Positions 41,831 through 54,657 of a stretch of 64,000 nt of DNA are shown piece by piece; the first letter of the stretch is position 1; each line of letters opens with the position of its first letter. The position numbers and the translations under genes are program-made. Source of the DNA: Epiperipatus broadwayi (lineage: Eukaryota; Animalia; Onychophora). The stretch is taken from positions 10,788,001 to 10,852,000 of the forward strand of contig JAQFVV010000008.1 in the NCBI GenBank assembly GCA_028023455.1, given 5' to 3'. The notes beneath the pieces were generated by a model. That model did not search any database and was not told the origin of the DNA. It saw only the letters and a list, made by a program, of their open reading frames with translations.

Positions 41831-43134
41831 ATATATATAATTATTCAGAACAATACAATAATTAATACAGTAAAACAATATTTAATGAAAATTATTATAA
41901 AATGGATAACGGATGGCCTATGGGACTTCCTATAGTTTCACAAATATGTAGTTTTGTAGTATCAAAATATGAAGATATAATTCTTAATAATAATATATAT
42001 TACCAAGGTATTAAAATTTATTACAGGTATGTTGATGATGTTTTTGTTTACGGAAGTTTAGATATCATAAATATGTTATTCAATGAATTAAATAGTTTAG
42101 AAGGTTTAAAATGGAGTAAATCTTTTGAAGAAAAGATGTCAATTCAGTATTTAGATATTAAAGTTACTCGTAATAAAAATAAATTAGATTATTGTATGGT
42201 AATAAAAGATATTGAAAAAAGAGGATATATTCCTTGGTATTCAAATGTGCCAATAGCACATAAATTATCCGGTTTAAAATCATTTTTATTTAGGAATAAT
42301 AAATTATGTAAATATAGTTCTGATAAAATAAGTAACATAAATGTATTTACTATGGATTTGTTAAATGTTGGATATGATCATAAATTAATTTATAATATTG
42401 TTATTAAGTTTAATAATAATAGAAATATTTTAAGTGCTATAGATATTGATAAAATAAAATATACTTGGATATCAATACCATTTATTTATAATGAACAAGT
42501 GAAATTTATAAAACAGATATATAAAAATATATGTTGAGTTGCATTTTATACTACTCCTAATTTAAATAGATTAATAAATAAGTCAAAAAATATATGTGAT
42601 ATTTTAAATCAAAGTTGTGCAATATTTAAATGGCTGTGTGTTTGTGGAAAGGCATATATTAGGGAATCTCGATGTACATTGGAGAAAAGATCAAAGGAGC
42701 ATTTGTTGTTATATAAACGAGTACAAAAATCAAGACAAGAGAATGTTAGAAATGATGATGTATCACCATCAGTATTTTTTGATCATAATGTAACATGTAA
42801 TTATGGTTTTGATTTTGATTTTAATAAAGTTAAGATTTTGTGTATTGAAAGAAATAATAATAAACGCAAAATTAAAGAAGCTATGTTAATAAAAAGTGAA
42901 AAGCAACATTTGATAAACAGACAGGCCGCCAATATAAAAATTAATGAATTGTGGGAAAATTGATGTATGACGTATTACTTTTTGTTTACATTTGTAACGG
43001 TTTTTTCTAATACAATTTGAATCTAGTTGATAACGACTACATAGATAGTTGAAAGTACTTCTATTATATTTGTTTTTTTTTAAATATTGTTTTACTGTAT
43101 TAATTATTGTATTGTTCTGAATAATTATATATAT
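41831..43134 (+). mobile_element. 5'-truncated Penelope-like element (RT C-terminus plus GIY-YIG endonuclease) with inverted terminal segment
   Basis: ORF 41902-42537 has PMG...YRYVDD...YLDI RT motifs. It is followed by a degenerate GIY-YIG, AIFKWLCVCGKAYIRESRCTLEKRSKEH...KRKIKEAMLI..LINRQ (to 42963). A 54-bp inverted repeat lies at 41831-41884 / 43081-43134. Confidence 0.85.
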
Positions 43135-43289
43135 ATATAACAAAATGGTTAGTTATTATAAATATTAAATAATTTATCTTTAATGTTATTAGTATGATTT
43201 GATCCAAAGAAATTACAGTCTATAAATATAATATTGAGAATGTGCATGATTATAAGTTTGGAATAACACATGTATTACCTTTGGATCCC

Positions 43290-43500
43290 TGAGGAAATTA
43301 GATTGTTCAGATTCATAAAGAAAGTAAGCTTGCTCAGAAAATACTATGGCTGCAGAAATTGTACAGAAAAAATGTTTTTGCCTTTAAAGAAAATTCTGAT
43401 GGAACGATGATGAATCAGGATACTTGCAGAGATGCAGGTGGACGGACATTGATTTTTCAGCTTCAGATGGTTACAGGATCATGTAGCAGCTTTTTGTTTT
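43290..43500 (+). mobile_element. Possible Merlin transposase N-terminal zinc-finger remnant
   Basis: LLRKYYGCRNCTEKMFL...(frameshift)NSDG...CR resembles LLKNNFVCQHCNEQYSL...GTNG..QCR in the Merlin copy at 60750-60870. No TIRs found. Confidence 0.3.
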
Positions 43501-44460
43501 CTTTATGGAGCAGTGAGACAAAAGTTTAGCATGTTTAGGACTTTACCCCAACATATTCATGTGAACTGGCATATATATATTTTCTTCCAAAATCGTAAGT
43601 TAAAAATCTCCGATCTCATAATAGACGGCAGTGAAAACATCAGCATAAACTCCATTCGATCCTCTGACTTTTCTATTTATACTTTTTATTTTTAAATTAC
43701 TATATATACTAGATAAGTTGCACTTTTTATTTTTCTAATAAGTTCTACCTTATTTCTCAATAAATACTTCTCACAACTCCTCAAAATGTTTGGTTTTTTA
43801 TCTCGTATCCTGTGTAATCTCATTAGTCCAGGACACTGTAGTTCTAGATCCATTTCTTATGTCTTGGTATTTTTTTTTCACAAAAGAACAGTTTTTAGGA
43901 CGTTTTTTATTAACATTTCATTAGAAACTTAAAAAAAAAAAAACTTGAAAAAAGCATTCCGCAGAAAAAATCTGTTTTGTTTCTCGTCCTTTACATATTT
44001 TATTTTTTATTAAATAAAATAAAATTATACACACAATAAAAAATATACATTATACGCTTTTCCAGAAGATTCTTTTTGCACATTTGATTATATAATAACA
44101 TATATATACACATATTCCATTAAAACAAATCAGCACAACACCCCTCCCCCTCTTAAGTCAGTTTTAGCTACTTTATTTAATCATTTTGACTTAATCAAAT
44201 ATATACATTTAATTACTACATCTGTCTATATGTGGCTATCAGAATCCCTTCAACTTATAATAGGGTTCAAACCTGGTTCCTGTTACAATTTATAAAGACT
44301 GTATGTAATGGAGATGGTATTACTTTTAGCATTCTATAATTATACAAATTTCTCTTACTTTTTTTTTTTCTTTTAAAAAAACTTACTTTAATTCTCATCT
44401 TTTAACTCATATTCTCTTCATTTTCCATAACATTAAGTTTAACAAAATTCTCTATACAGT

Positions 44461-44885
44461 ACTGCCATTCACTGCAAGCCAGAGCTTGTGCATAAAATCT
44501 CTATCTAGTGCCTATTCATCTAATATCCCCAGACTAGTTTTCTGGCTTGTGGCCTTCGTCAGTGTGGAGCCTTGCATCTCAGAACACTGTATCTAGATCT
44601 TAGGATCTAATGCAACCCTCCAACAGTCACTTTTAATCTCTACTTAACTACAAAACTATGTCTGGCGATATTGGACGACATTAAGCATCACATGGTCACT
44701 ATCTTTTTGCTTTGATATTGGATGAGTAGGCACTAGTTAAAAATTTTATGCACAAGCCTTCTGGCATCCATTGATTACTCTGGCTTGCACTGAATGGCAT
44801 TATTGTATGGAAAGTTTTTACCTGTTTTAATAACAGTTATGAGCAAGCATAAGAAATGGTGATCATGTGATGTTTGGTGGTTTAA
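44461..44885. mobile_element. Rearranged, inverted locus of the 456-bp HHR family
   Basis: 44461-44660 is a minus-strand copy that includes the HHR (core 44556-44562, GAAAA with one extra A, GTC at 44532-44534). 44714-44885 is a plus-strand copy of the unit start without the HHR core. Confidence 0.85.
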
Positions 44886-45552
44886 TTTTACTTATCTCGT
44901 ATTTCTTAATTTCCATTCATATGATAAATTTATGACTATTATGACTTTTTCCTTCTCATCAAACACTATATTTTTTTTTCTCCTATTAATGTATAATCTA
45001 CATGTATTTTATATTTAATCATTTGTCACTATACAAATACTGTTTTATAAAAGATCCAATTCCAGTCTTGTATTTTCACAGAAAAATTTTACGACTCCCA
45101 TATTTCTTAATATCTGATTTCTTCTACTCGCCGCTATCCTAATGTTATTATATTCATATCTTGTTCTTTAAAGTTATTAATAGCCTTGATTTGTGTGATT
45201 TACTGAAGTCGTAGACTGACTGAGATCTAAAGAATCTTGGATCGAAATTTTGCCAGTTATTTTGATGCTTAAATGTCAAATGAACTCAAAGTCATAAACA
45301 CTCATTCTTATTTTTATTATCGCTATTCATTCCAAGTAATATTTTCTTTCCTTAACTTTCCCCAGACACCAAAATCATTTTATTTATTTATTTATTAGCT
45401 TCATTATTTGAATAAAATTGCGCGAGAAAAAAAATTAAAGAGGAGAGGGAATATACATTCTAGAATAATTATTTACGTTACAAGAATGAAATTTTCTAAC
45501 TAAAATAATTATTTCGAATTATTGGGGAAAAAATATCTTTATAATTATTTTA

Positions 45553-46864
45553 ATGGAGGCATTTTCTTCTAGAAATTATGTAAATTTAATAAGTCAGCAT
45601 CCAGTATTTAATGATGCTGAATTATATTCACGTAAAGAAGATAGAATTGCTACCGATAATCTAATCGCTCAGGAGTATGGGACTGCTCAAGAACTAAATA
45701 GTGATACACATTATTTTTCGACTTCACAATCGGAAAACGTACTTTTTAATATCGATTGTCAATCTGACAATTCATTACTGCAATTAGACGAAATCAGCGT
45801 CGGAAATAATGGGGATTTATCACTTTCAGAAGTGAGAGAAACATTTTCTCTTAGTCAAAAAGAACTTTTAGGGCAAAATTATATTGATTATCCTAACAAT
45901 TTTGTAAACCATTATAATGAACCATATAATCATGATAATAATAAACAATATCCTCAATTTATTCCTTGGCATCCACCTGTTGCCCATTCAGAAGTATTTT
46001 ATTCACCTTATTACTCACCTGCATATCAAAATATTAATGGATCACACTATGTAATAGAAAATGATCTCAGGTTTAATCACCCAGGAGAAACTTCAAAATA
46101 CAACCATATTTGGCCTAACTATCCTCTAACTACAGCACCATATTTTACAAAAAGCTCTGATGATGAAATAAATAAAAAGTCACAGAAACCTTCTTTGGCT
46201 CAACACCAAAATAAAATTTCTTCACCAATTACAAAATTAAATGAAACAGAATACATTTGTTATAAGCCTATTTATGATGAAACAATTCTATATAAAGAAC
46301 CACCAACTCAAACTGATCTAGTTAACTGGCCATCCAATTTTTCTAATGGTTTGACAATTTTAGATAATAGAAGTATACCAATACAATATTGTATTTCTTC
46401 TGATTATGGATTACAACCACTAGTCATTGATCCTGCAGAACCAAAATTATTAAGTAACAATAAGTGGTTTGAGCAGTCTAAATACATGGTGCCAGTATCT
46501 TCAATTAATGATTTCATCACATATCCACATATTCTTCTGAATGATAATCATACTAATAAAGAATTTTCTGGAGATGGTAAAAATATTCAATTTCTACTCC
46601 CAGTAGATCCTAATATGAAATTGCAACAGCCTCAGAATAATCAGAATTTAATTTCTATTAATGAGAATTTATTACAATATTCTGAAGATTTAAACCAAAA
46701 TAATATGCTTAATTCAAAAACTGATTCACCAGCAAAAATTAATTATTCAAAAATTAATCCCAAGGAATCGTTTGTTAAAGAAATGAATAATTCTGCACTT
46801 TACTTAAAATCTGAAGTCATTAATTCTGCCAACAAAATGTCAAGTGTCGACAAAACTCATTTAG
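45553..46864 (+). CDS. SOX30: Probable large first coding exon of a SoxH/SOX30-like gene
   Basis: An intact 437-codon N/S/P/Y/Q-rich ORF lies in otherwise decayed DNA. It ends at a phase-1 donor (TTAG|GTAATT, 46865) compatible with the phase-1 acceptor of the HMG exon. The link between the exons is inferred. Confidence 0.65.
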
Positions 46865-48121
46865 GTAATTATCTTAATTTCAGAAAAATTAAATTAAAAA
46901 TAAGTACAGTTTGAATTTAAATTACAAAAATAGTTTCTGCAAATAGTTTAATTAAAATTTTTAATTAAATTGTTTTCACTTAATGCTTATATATCATTCC
47001 CAAAAGTAGACATTTTAAAAAAGATCTACAGCTATTTTAATTCTTCAACACATTTTTATGTATTGTTTTTTTGCACTGAACTATTTTTAATCATTACTTG
47101 CTTTGTGTGTGTGTGTTATATCTGATATTTAAAGATTAATAATGAAGTCATTTTTCTTATCATTTTTTATAAGGCAACACTTTATTTTTCATACTGCAAA
47201 TAATTTTGCAGATATATGTAAAGAATCTATATTTGCCTTATATGCCTATATTCTAGATTCAAGCCAGATAAATGTTGAAAATTTTTTTAGTCACATCTAA
47301 ATTTAATATTTTTCTTTCAGGTAGACAGTTCATAATCAACTTATGTAGTTATTTAATATTGGGGGAAATGTAACATCTTTAACTAAAAAGAAAAAATCCC
47401 GATTTAATCTTAATTGGTCAGATAAAGGTCAATATGCTGTAAAAAAAAATAAAGTAACTGTTCTATGGTGTGGTTTTACAATCGGTGTTAGAGATGTGCT
47501 ACTTCCATAAAAGCTGATTCATTAAAACCCCACGATTACCTTTGTATAATTTTATATATTAGATTCCATAAAATGAATGATTTGCAATATTGATACTAAA
47601 CAACTGATATGAAATGTAATATATCAATACACACACATATATATATATATATTGTTGAAATATATTTAGTACATGGAAATTATTGATTATTACTAATATA
47701 TATATATATATATAATTATTAAATTATATATGTATGTATTTGTTATTGGATAGACGACTCTTAATTGGTCATTCTATTAGTCTTTAACTAATAAAGCAAG
47801 TGCTTTTGGATTTAAATTATATTTATTCTACAATAATTAAACATAGATGGTTCATAATTTTTTATAAGGGCTATCATATTACTCTTTTTTTTTTATTTAG
47901 AGACAAGATATTCTCTGGTATTATAAAAGAATTCATAAAATGATTACTAAAATATTTCTAATTCATTTTTACAGATCTAAAATAGACTTCTTGGTTTTAT
48001 CTTATTAAAAAGAATCAGCTCAAAACTAAATACTTTCAATATTCTCATATATGCATACATAATAATTTATATTATGTTATTCTTCTCCTTCACTTTGTTT
48101 GCATATCCTCATATAATCATA

Positions 48122-48323
48122 TATATTGCTTATAACACTTCATTCATATACATTTTAATGCAACAAATTTTCTTAAAAACTTCTTTATTTTCTTACAGTT
48201 TCGACTGTCCAGCAGTCTTCATCAGAGCTCTGCTGGACAGTCGAAACTGTAAGAAAATAAAGAAGTTTTTAAGAAAATTTGTTGCATTAAAGTGTATATG
48301 AATGAAGTGTTATAAGCAATATA
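48122..48323. repeat. 94-bp-arm palindrome carrying a type I HHR core on the minus strand (family 2, Penelope-pLTR-like)
   Basis: Arms 48122-48215 and 48230-48323 match at 93/94, with a 14-nt loop. The minus strand reads CTGATGA-a-GACTG-ctgga-CAGTC-GAAAC-t-GTA. Confidence 0.85.
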
Positions 48324-51300
48324 ATTTATATTATGCATACTTTCAAATTATGTGTTGAAGTAAGTTCAATTTTAAATAACTTAGGTTAATAGTATAGTGA
48401 AATCTCTATCCAACGTTTTCACATATATTGTTTCTGTTTTTATTATTTGCTCTGTTTGATTCCAGAATTAGAAAAACAATAAAAATATCCCCACTTTTAT
48501 CATTTTCCCATATTTATGCTTATTTTCTCCAGTCCTTTCAAAAATAAGATAGAAATTTTATTAAATTAATATTGTATGAAGATAATTTTGCATTTCCTTA
48601 ATCTTCCATTAAATTCTAGACTCCTTGTAGGTTCACAATTAATGACTGAAGTTTTATAAACCCAATGTGCTAGGTATAATCTTTTCCATCTATTGATTGT
48701 TTCTCATCCTATATTAATATCTATACTGAGTTTTACTTTTTCTTTCTTTTCTAATAATCTTTGTAAGGAGAATCTATATTTCTTTCTTTATTACTATGTG
48801 TTGCATTTTTTTTTTCATGGTTTTATTTAAATTTTCTTAATGTTTCATTAATACTACTGGCCAGTTGTCTTATCGAACAATAATGATCACAATCAGCTAA
48901 CAGTCAAACACCATTTCAAATCTGCATGGGAGATAGCAATATTAAATTCCCTTTATATAAATATGTTAAAAATCATGAAAAGTAAGATAAAATAGAATAT
49001 TTATGGAAAGAGGGTAACAAAGACCAACTAAATGAAATGTTTTTATTTTTTAAAAAATGCAAATAAATAAATAATATTAATTTCAAAAATGCAAACTTTA
49101 CAGTAGTAAAAAGTGTGCTATTATCTAAAATAATTGTCTGGAAATATGAGTGATAATATAATCATAAATACTCATTCAATTAAAATTTTCATATATTTAT
49201 TTTTAAATAAATCCTATCCAGAACAATGTTTATTTTAGATCATAGTAAGAGTTATGTTGTAATGCAGAAACTATTATCATCTATAAATTTGACAATTTTT
49301 GATATAATTTCAAAGCCCATTTACATTTGATTATTAAACATAATAATGAGAACTTTTGTATGAACTATACCTGAACTTTTATGCATACACTTGAACACTG
49401 CATGGTAATCTCTAGAATGACTACTGGGAACCTGCTGCTTGTGAATTTGAATTCAAGCTTGCAGTTCTTAATCATGATAAACATAAACATTTTTTATTTT
49501 ACTTGTAATTTTCAAATAAACATCTTTGACTGTTGGAGAGGAAAAAAGTACTTTCCATGCTCAACCTTATAATAAAATAATAATTATTGTGCATGATTAA
49601 TATTTAAATAATAAAAATTTGTGAATGAATCAAACTGTCAAAATATTTTATTTTTTTTTTGCTTGTTTTAAGAGATTTTCAATTTTTGTTGTATAAATAT
49701 TGATTCTGATATATTCTATTATTCAAATAAATGCTCAAATACAATCACAACTATTTAGAACTCCATATCACTTTTTCTTTGCGGTTATTTTAATTTATTT
49801 GTTCAGGAGATTTAAACAAAATGACTTCATATTAAAAAAATTGCTGATCCTTGCTCTAGAAAGAAATACAATGTGATAATTTTATAAAGTAGTATGTTTT
49901 AGATAATTGTTGAAATAAACAGTATAACTGCCATGTTTTTTAAGGATAATCAGAAATATATTCAACTGTCTAAAGCATGGAAGCTTCAGCTTCAGCTTCA
50001 AAATTTTCATGTTCATAATCAAAGTTTTTGTATTATTTATTAATCTTTTCCAAAGTCATTAACTTCAAGATTTTTATGATGTACTTTCTTAAAGATCCTG
50101 GATGTTGAAAGCCATTATAGAGTATCTGCATGCATATTTTTTTTTTGGTACATATGATAGTTAGTACAAGTAACCATTAAAAGGAACTAATGCAATGTAT
50201 GTGGTAAAAGTTGTTCTGAAGATATCACATACAAATTAAAAATCTCCAGAATAACATCAATTTTGATCGTTTCTGTGTTTATAAATTCAGATAAAATTTT
50301 TAAAGATATATAGTATGATGAAACTTATTTATTAATATGAGCATAATCTTATTACTTGTAAAGTTATATAAACAATTGGTTAATCTACATGAACACTTTG
50401 TTATCATCTGAAGTTGCTAACATTTCAATTCTGTATGATAAATTTATCGATGATTAGTCACAAGTCAATAACTCTCTGATGAAAAGATTTCTTTTAGTTA
50501 GGTGAAAAATGCTCTATGAGATTTATTTTAAAGATTATCTCAGGAAAAATATTTTAAAAAGTCACTGCTGCAATGTTTACTTTGTTTTCTATAGAGGATT
50601 TTAAAAAATCGGACATAAGAAGAGCTCTAACTGTTTAATTATTTAAAGCATTTGTGATTACTAAACTTTAGTAGTAAGAATTATATGTCTTTTGATGTCA
50701 TTATAAATCTGAAAATTGAGTTGCATAACAATTTAATTAACATATTTTCAAACATTTAAGTTTTGACCTTAAACAGCACATGCCTAGTTGCATAAATGAG
50801 AATGCCATAAAAATATGATATTGTTAAGGTATTGGTTTATTTATTACTGAAAGATGTTTGAGGCACTTTGAAAAAAATCATAGGTTGATGAATAATATGC
50901 TATTGAAAAATGTAGAAAAAAATGTCTTATATACAAACTGTGTAACAATTTATTAATAAATATTTACTTACAGTTGACATGCATCATCACAAGTATAAAT
51001 GATTTCATCAGTGTGACATTTAAAAAATATTTTGAAAGTTATCAAGGGTAACGATAAACTGTACTTCATTCTTAATTAATTTTCTAACTGCATATAGTAG
51101 TACCATAGGTTGCCATCCATTGCAAGAAATTGAGCAATTAGATTTATCATTAGTGGGTTTGAGGTGTCAAAAACTTAGTTTAGATGTGTTGCTCATTTTT
51201 GATTTGGATTATTTCATTTGAAGTGGCTTAAATCAATGATTGATGTGACCTCTAAAATACCCAGTTGTTATATTTTTATTTTTGCTACTTAGTAAGAATA

Positions 51301-51428
51301 AAAAAGATTCCTACAAATTATGTCAGCTGAATACATTCCACTTACTGTTTGTTTTCAGAAGAATGCTGATACTGAGTCAACTTCTATTGCAAATTTATAT
51401 ATATATTACTTTTTTATAAATCTCCTCA

Positions 51429-51622
51429 TATATGTTTTAATGCAATTTTTATATTTTCTAACAGTTTTGACTGTCCTGCAGTCTTCATCACAGTTTTTTA
51501 TAACTTTCTTTTTTCTTTTTACATTTATAAATGTAAACAACTCTGGTGAAGACTGCAGGACAGTTGAAACTGTTAGAAAAATAAAGGAGGAATTATATAA
51601 AAATTGCATTAAAGTGTATATG
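51429..51622. repeat. Second inverted pair of HHR family 2, both cores mutated
   Basis: Plus strand: CTGGTGA-a-GACTG-cagga-CAGTT-GAAAC-t-GTT (51543-51574). Minus strand: GTGATGA-a-GACTG-cagga-CAGTC-AAAAC. The flanks match the 48.2 kb palindrome arms. Confidence 0.8.
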
Positions 51623-53196
51623 AATACATGAAAAATGCAGAAAAGATAAAGAAGAAGATATAAGAATAATTTTTATATATCTGGAGATCAAAAGTAATTG
51701 AGATAGAAGATGAGAAAACTCATGCTATGTCTTGAGAATTTTTTTTTTTTTTAGTTGTTCAGTTGTCATGATAATCTTTTTTTTTTCTTAATTGCTTTAT
51801 TGTTAACTCCTTGGTTTAATGAGTTTAATGGAAGAACAGTTTTATAAGAAAATGGTTGTTTTCTTTTAAATCATGCTCAGTAGATTGTGGCAATATTTAC
51901 AATTATCTGTAATTAGTCATTTCTATTCCTGTAATTTTCCATCAGAACCTTGATTCTACTGTTGTTGGTAAAGGAAAGCTTTTTTGCAAGAAAACCTAAA
52001 GCTATCATAATTAAGCTATGAATTTACTAGTCATTCACATTGGCAGTTAAAATTCAAATGAGTGACTGTTTTTGATTATAGAAGTATTTTATGAGCTTGC
52101 GAAAAAGTTATTCAAATGTAAATATTATAGAATTATTAAAAAGGGCAGGTATATTTCAATATATTTATGTTTAATGTATGTTGGAATAATTCTCATGCAA
52201 CTGTATAAATAATTGAAAATGGCTTTAGGCAGTATAGGATAATGCTTATCAGTAAAAGAATGCACACTCTTTTACTTTTTATTCTTTATATATGTAGAAG
52301 GAAGTTTAAAACTGTGTGAAAAGAATGCATTTTTAAATCAATCAAGAAATCCATTTCTAATCATTATTAATTGACTGATATTTTTAATTGAAAAATTTTG
52401 AGATGTTTCTCATTTTAAACATTGTGAATAATAATATCAAATGATAAAAATATGTAATACAAATTATTTACAGTGCTAAAGATTTTTTGTATGATATTAA
52501 GTCTCATGCAACTTTATAAATAATTGAAATAATGATCAATTTAAAATAATCAGATATAAATTTCTTGATTGATTTAAAAATTCATTTCTTTTAACTTAAG
52601 AGTTTTAGATATCACTCTAAGAATATGAAAAAGAAAAAGGTAAAGAACTGTACTGCTACACTATAACCAAATGTTTAGGTTAGAAGGAATGGAATGTTAA
52701 GTCAACCAAGAAATTTATTTCTTAACATTTTACATTGATTGATATTTCAATTACATATACAATTACATGAGAGATAGTCTCAATATATTACAAAAAAATA
52801 TTTAACCATATAAGTAACTTATACTACATATGTACATCATTTGATATCATTATTGACAAGATTTTAAAATGAGAGAAATCTCAAAATGGTCAATTAGAAA
52901 TAACAATCAATTTAAAATGTTTATAAATTTCTTGATTGATTTAAAAATTCACCCCTAACTTAAGTGTTTTAGACATCCTCTACATATATAAAGGAGGAAA
53001 AGATAAAAGAGTGTATACTATTTTACTATTAATCATCTTATATAACAGTAAAAGAGCATGTCAATTATTTATACAGTTGTTGAAAGTTAATCTTGACTAT
53101 TACATAAAAATATTTTGGGTTGTTTTCTATTCTATCATGTCAGCCGCCTGATGGCACTATTTCTGGGTTAATTCCTAGAAATATATTGTTTCAGTG

Positions 53197-53360
53197 GCCT
53201 ACACCCAACCTAAGAGGCTTCTTTCTATGTAAAACACAAAGAGTCCTCACAGCGGCCTTAGTCAACCTAAGAGGCTTCTTTCTACGATAAAACACAGAAA
53301 GAGTCCCTGCCGGCCAGCTAGTCTGGCTTTTTCTATGCTAAAAGCACAGACAAATGCCTT
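53197..53360. repeat. Short tandem repeat, ~60-bp unit, about 2.7 copies
   Basis: CAACCTAAGAGGCTTCTTTCTA...AAAACAC..AAAGAGTCC occurs twice, with a degenerate third copy. Confidence 0.7.
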
Positions 53361-53654
53361 ATTGGCTACTATAGTTGGTTGTATTATTAACTTTATCGTA
53401 ATGCTAGAATGTCTATTTTCTCTATACTTTAATGTGTGTGGATTTTAGCCTGTCTTAATTATTTAAAATTTCATTACAAAGGTTTTTTTTTTCAAGTGCT
53501 CTAAACTACTGTTACGTTGTAACTTTATTAACAATGTCGTGAAGGTTCCATTACAAATGGGTAACCCTCAAAAATTGCTTTTATGGGTGAGGCTGACGAT
53601 CATGCGAAAATTAACGTTTTTATGAGACTTCATCCGTGATAAGTTATTTTTGAT

Positions 53655-54640
53655 ATACTGTATACGCACAAACAAAAATAACCCAATGTCTGATTATTAA
53701 TTGCTGTCCAAAAAAAAAAAAAAATTGTCGGGTATTATTTTTACACTTACTATTTAAATAAGATTAGTTTTTATATGTACACACATTAACAAAAACAACC
53801 CAGTTTCTGATTAATTACTGTCCAAAAAAAAAAAGAAAAGCAAATTATTCGGGTTTGATTTTTAAATGTAGTATTTGAATTATGGTACTTTTTATATTAC
53901 ACACTAACAAAAAGAATCCACTTTCTGATTCATTACTGTTAAAAAAAAAAAAGCAAATTAGTCGGGAATCCTTTTTTAATTGAGTATTTCAATGGCGGTC
54001 CTTTTTATATATACACACTAACAAAAAGAACCCCTTTCTGACTAATTACTGTCCAAAAAAAAAAGCAAATTAGTTGGTATCATTTGAAAATTGAGTGTGA
54101 CTTTTTAAATGTTGTGGGTAAATTGAATACTATAGAATTGCGTTTTATTTTCTATTCAAAAAAGACCGTAACTTTTTCTACATATACACTCAAAGAAAAT
54201 AAAACCCACTTTCTGATTAAATACTGTCAATACCAAAAAAAAAAATATTCAGGTATCATTTTTAAATTTAATATTTAAATAATATTACTTTTGATATCTA
54301 CACACTAACAAAAACAATTACGGTCCAAAAAAAATGCAAAATAGTTGTTTCATTTTTAAATGTGGTACTTAAATAACCGTACTTTTTATATACACACACT
54401 AACAAAAAGAACCCACTTTCTGATTAATTATTGTCAAAAAAAAAAAAAAAAAAGCAAATTACTCGGGTATCATTTTTAAATTTAGCGTGAATGTAGAAAT
54501 TTTGTGTAAATTGAAAAATGTATAATTGCGTATTAATTTCTATTAAAAAAATACCATAACTTTTTATAGATACACCCAAACAAAACATTTTATGATTAAT
54601 TACTGTCCAAAAAACATCAATTATTCGGGTATCATTTTAA
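53655..54640. repeat. Minisatellite, ~120-130-bp unit, about 8 copies
   Basis: The unit TACACACTAACAAAAAGAACCCACTTTCTGATTAATTACTGTCCAAAAAAAAA-GCAAATTATTCGGGTATCATTTTT recurs through the interval. Confidence 0.9.
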
Positions 54641-54657
54641 AATTTAATAGACAGGGT

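Noticed and set aside
47308-47375. Strong acceptor TTTTCTTTCAG inside the Sox intron that would give a short terminal exon
   Set aside because: Such sites are frequent in AT-rich introns, and there is no supporting evidence.
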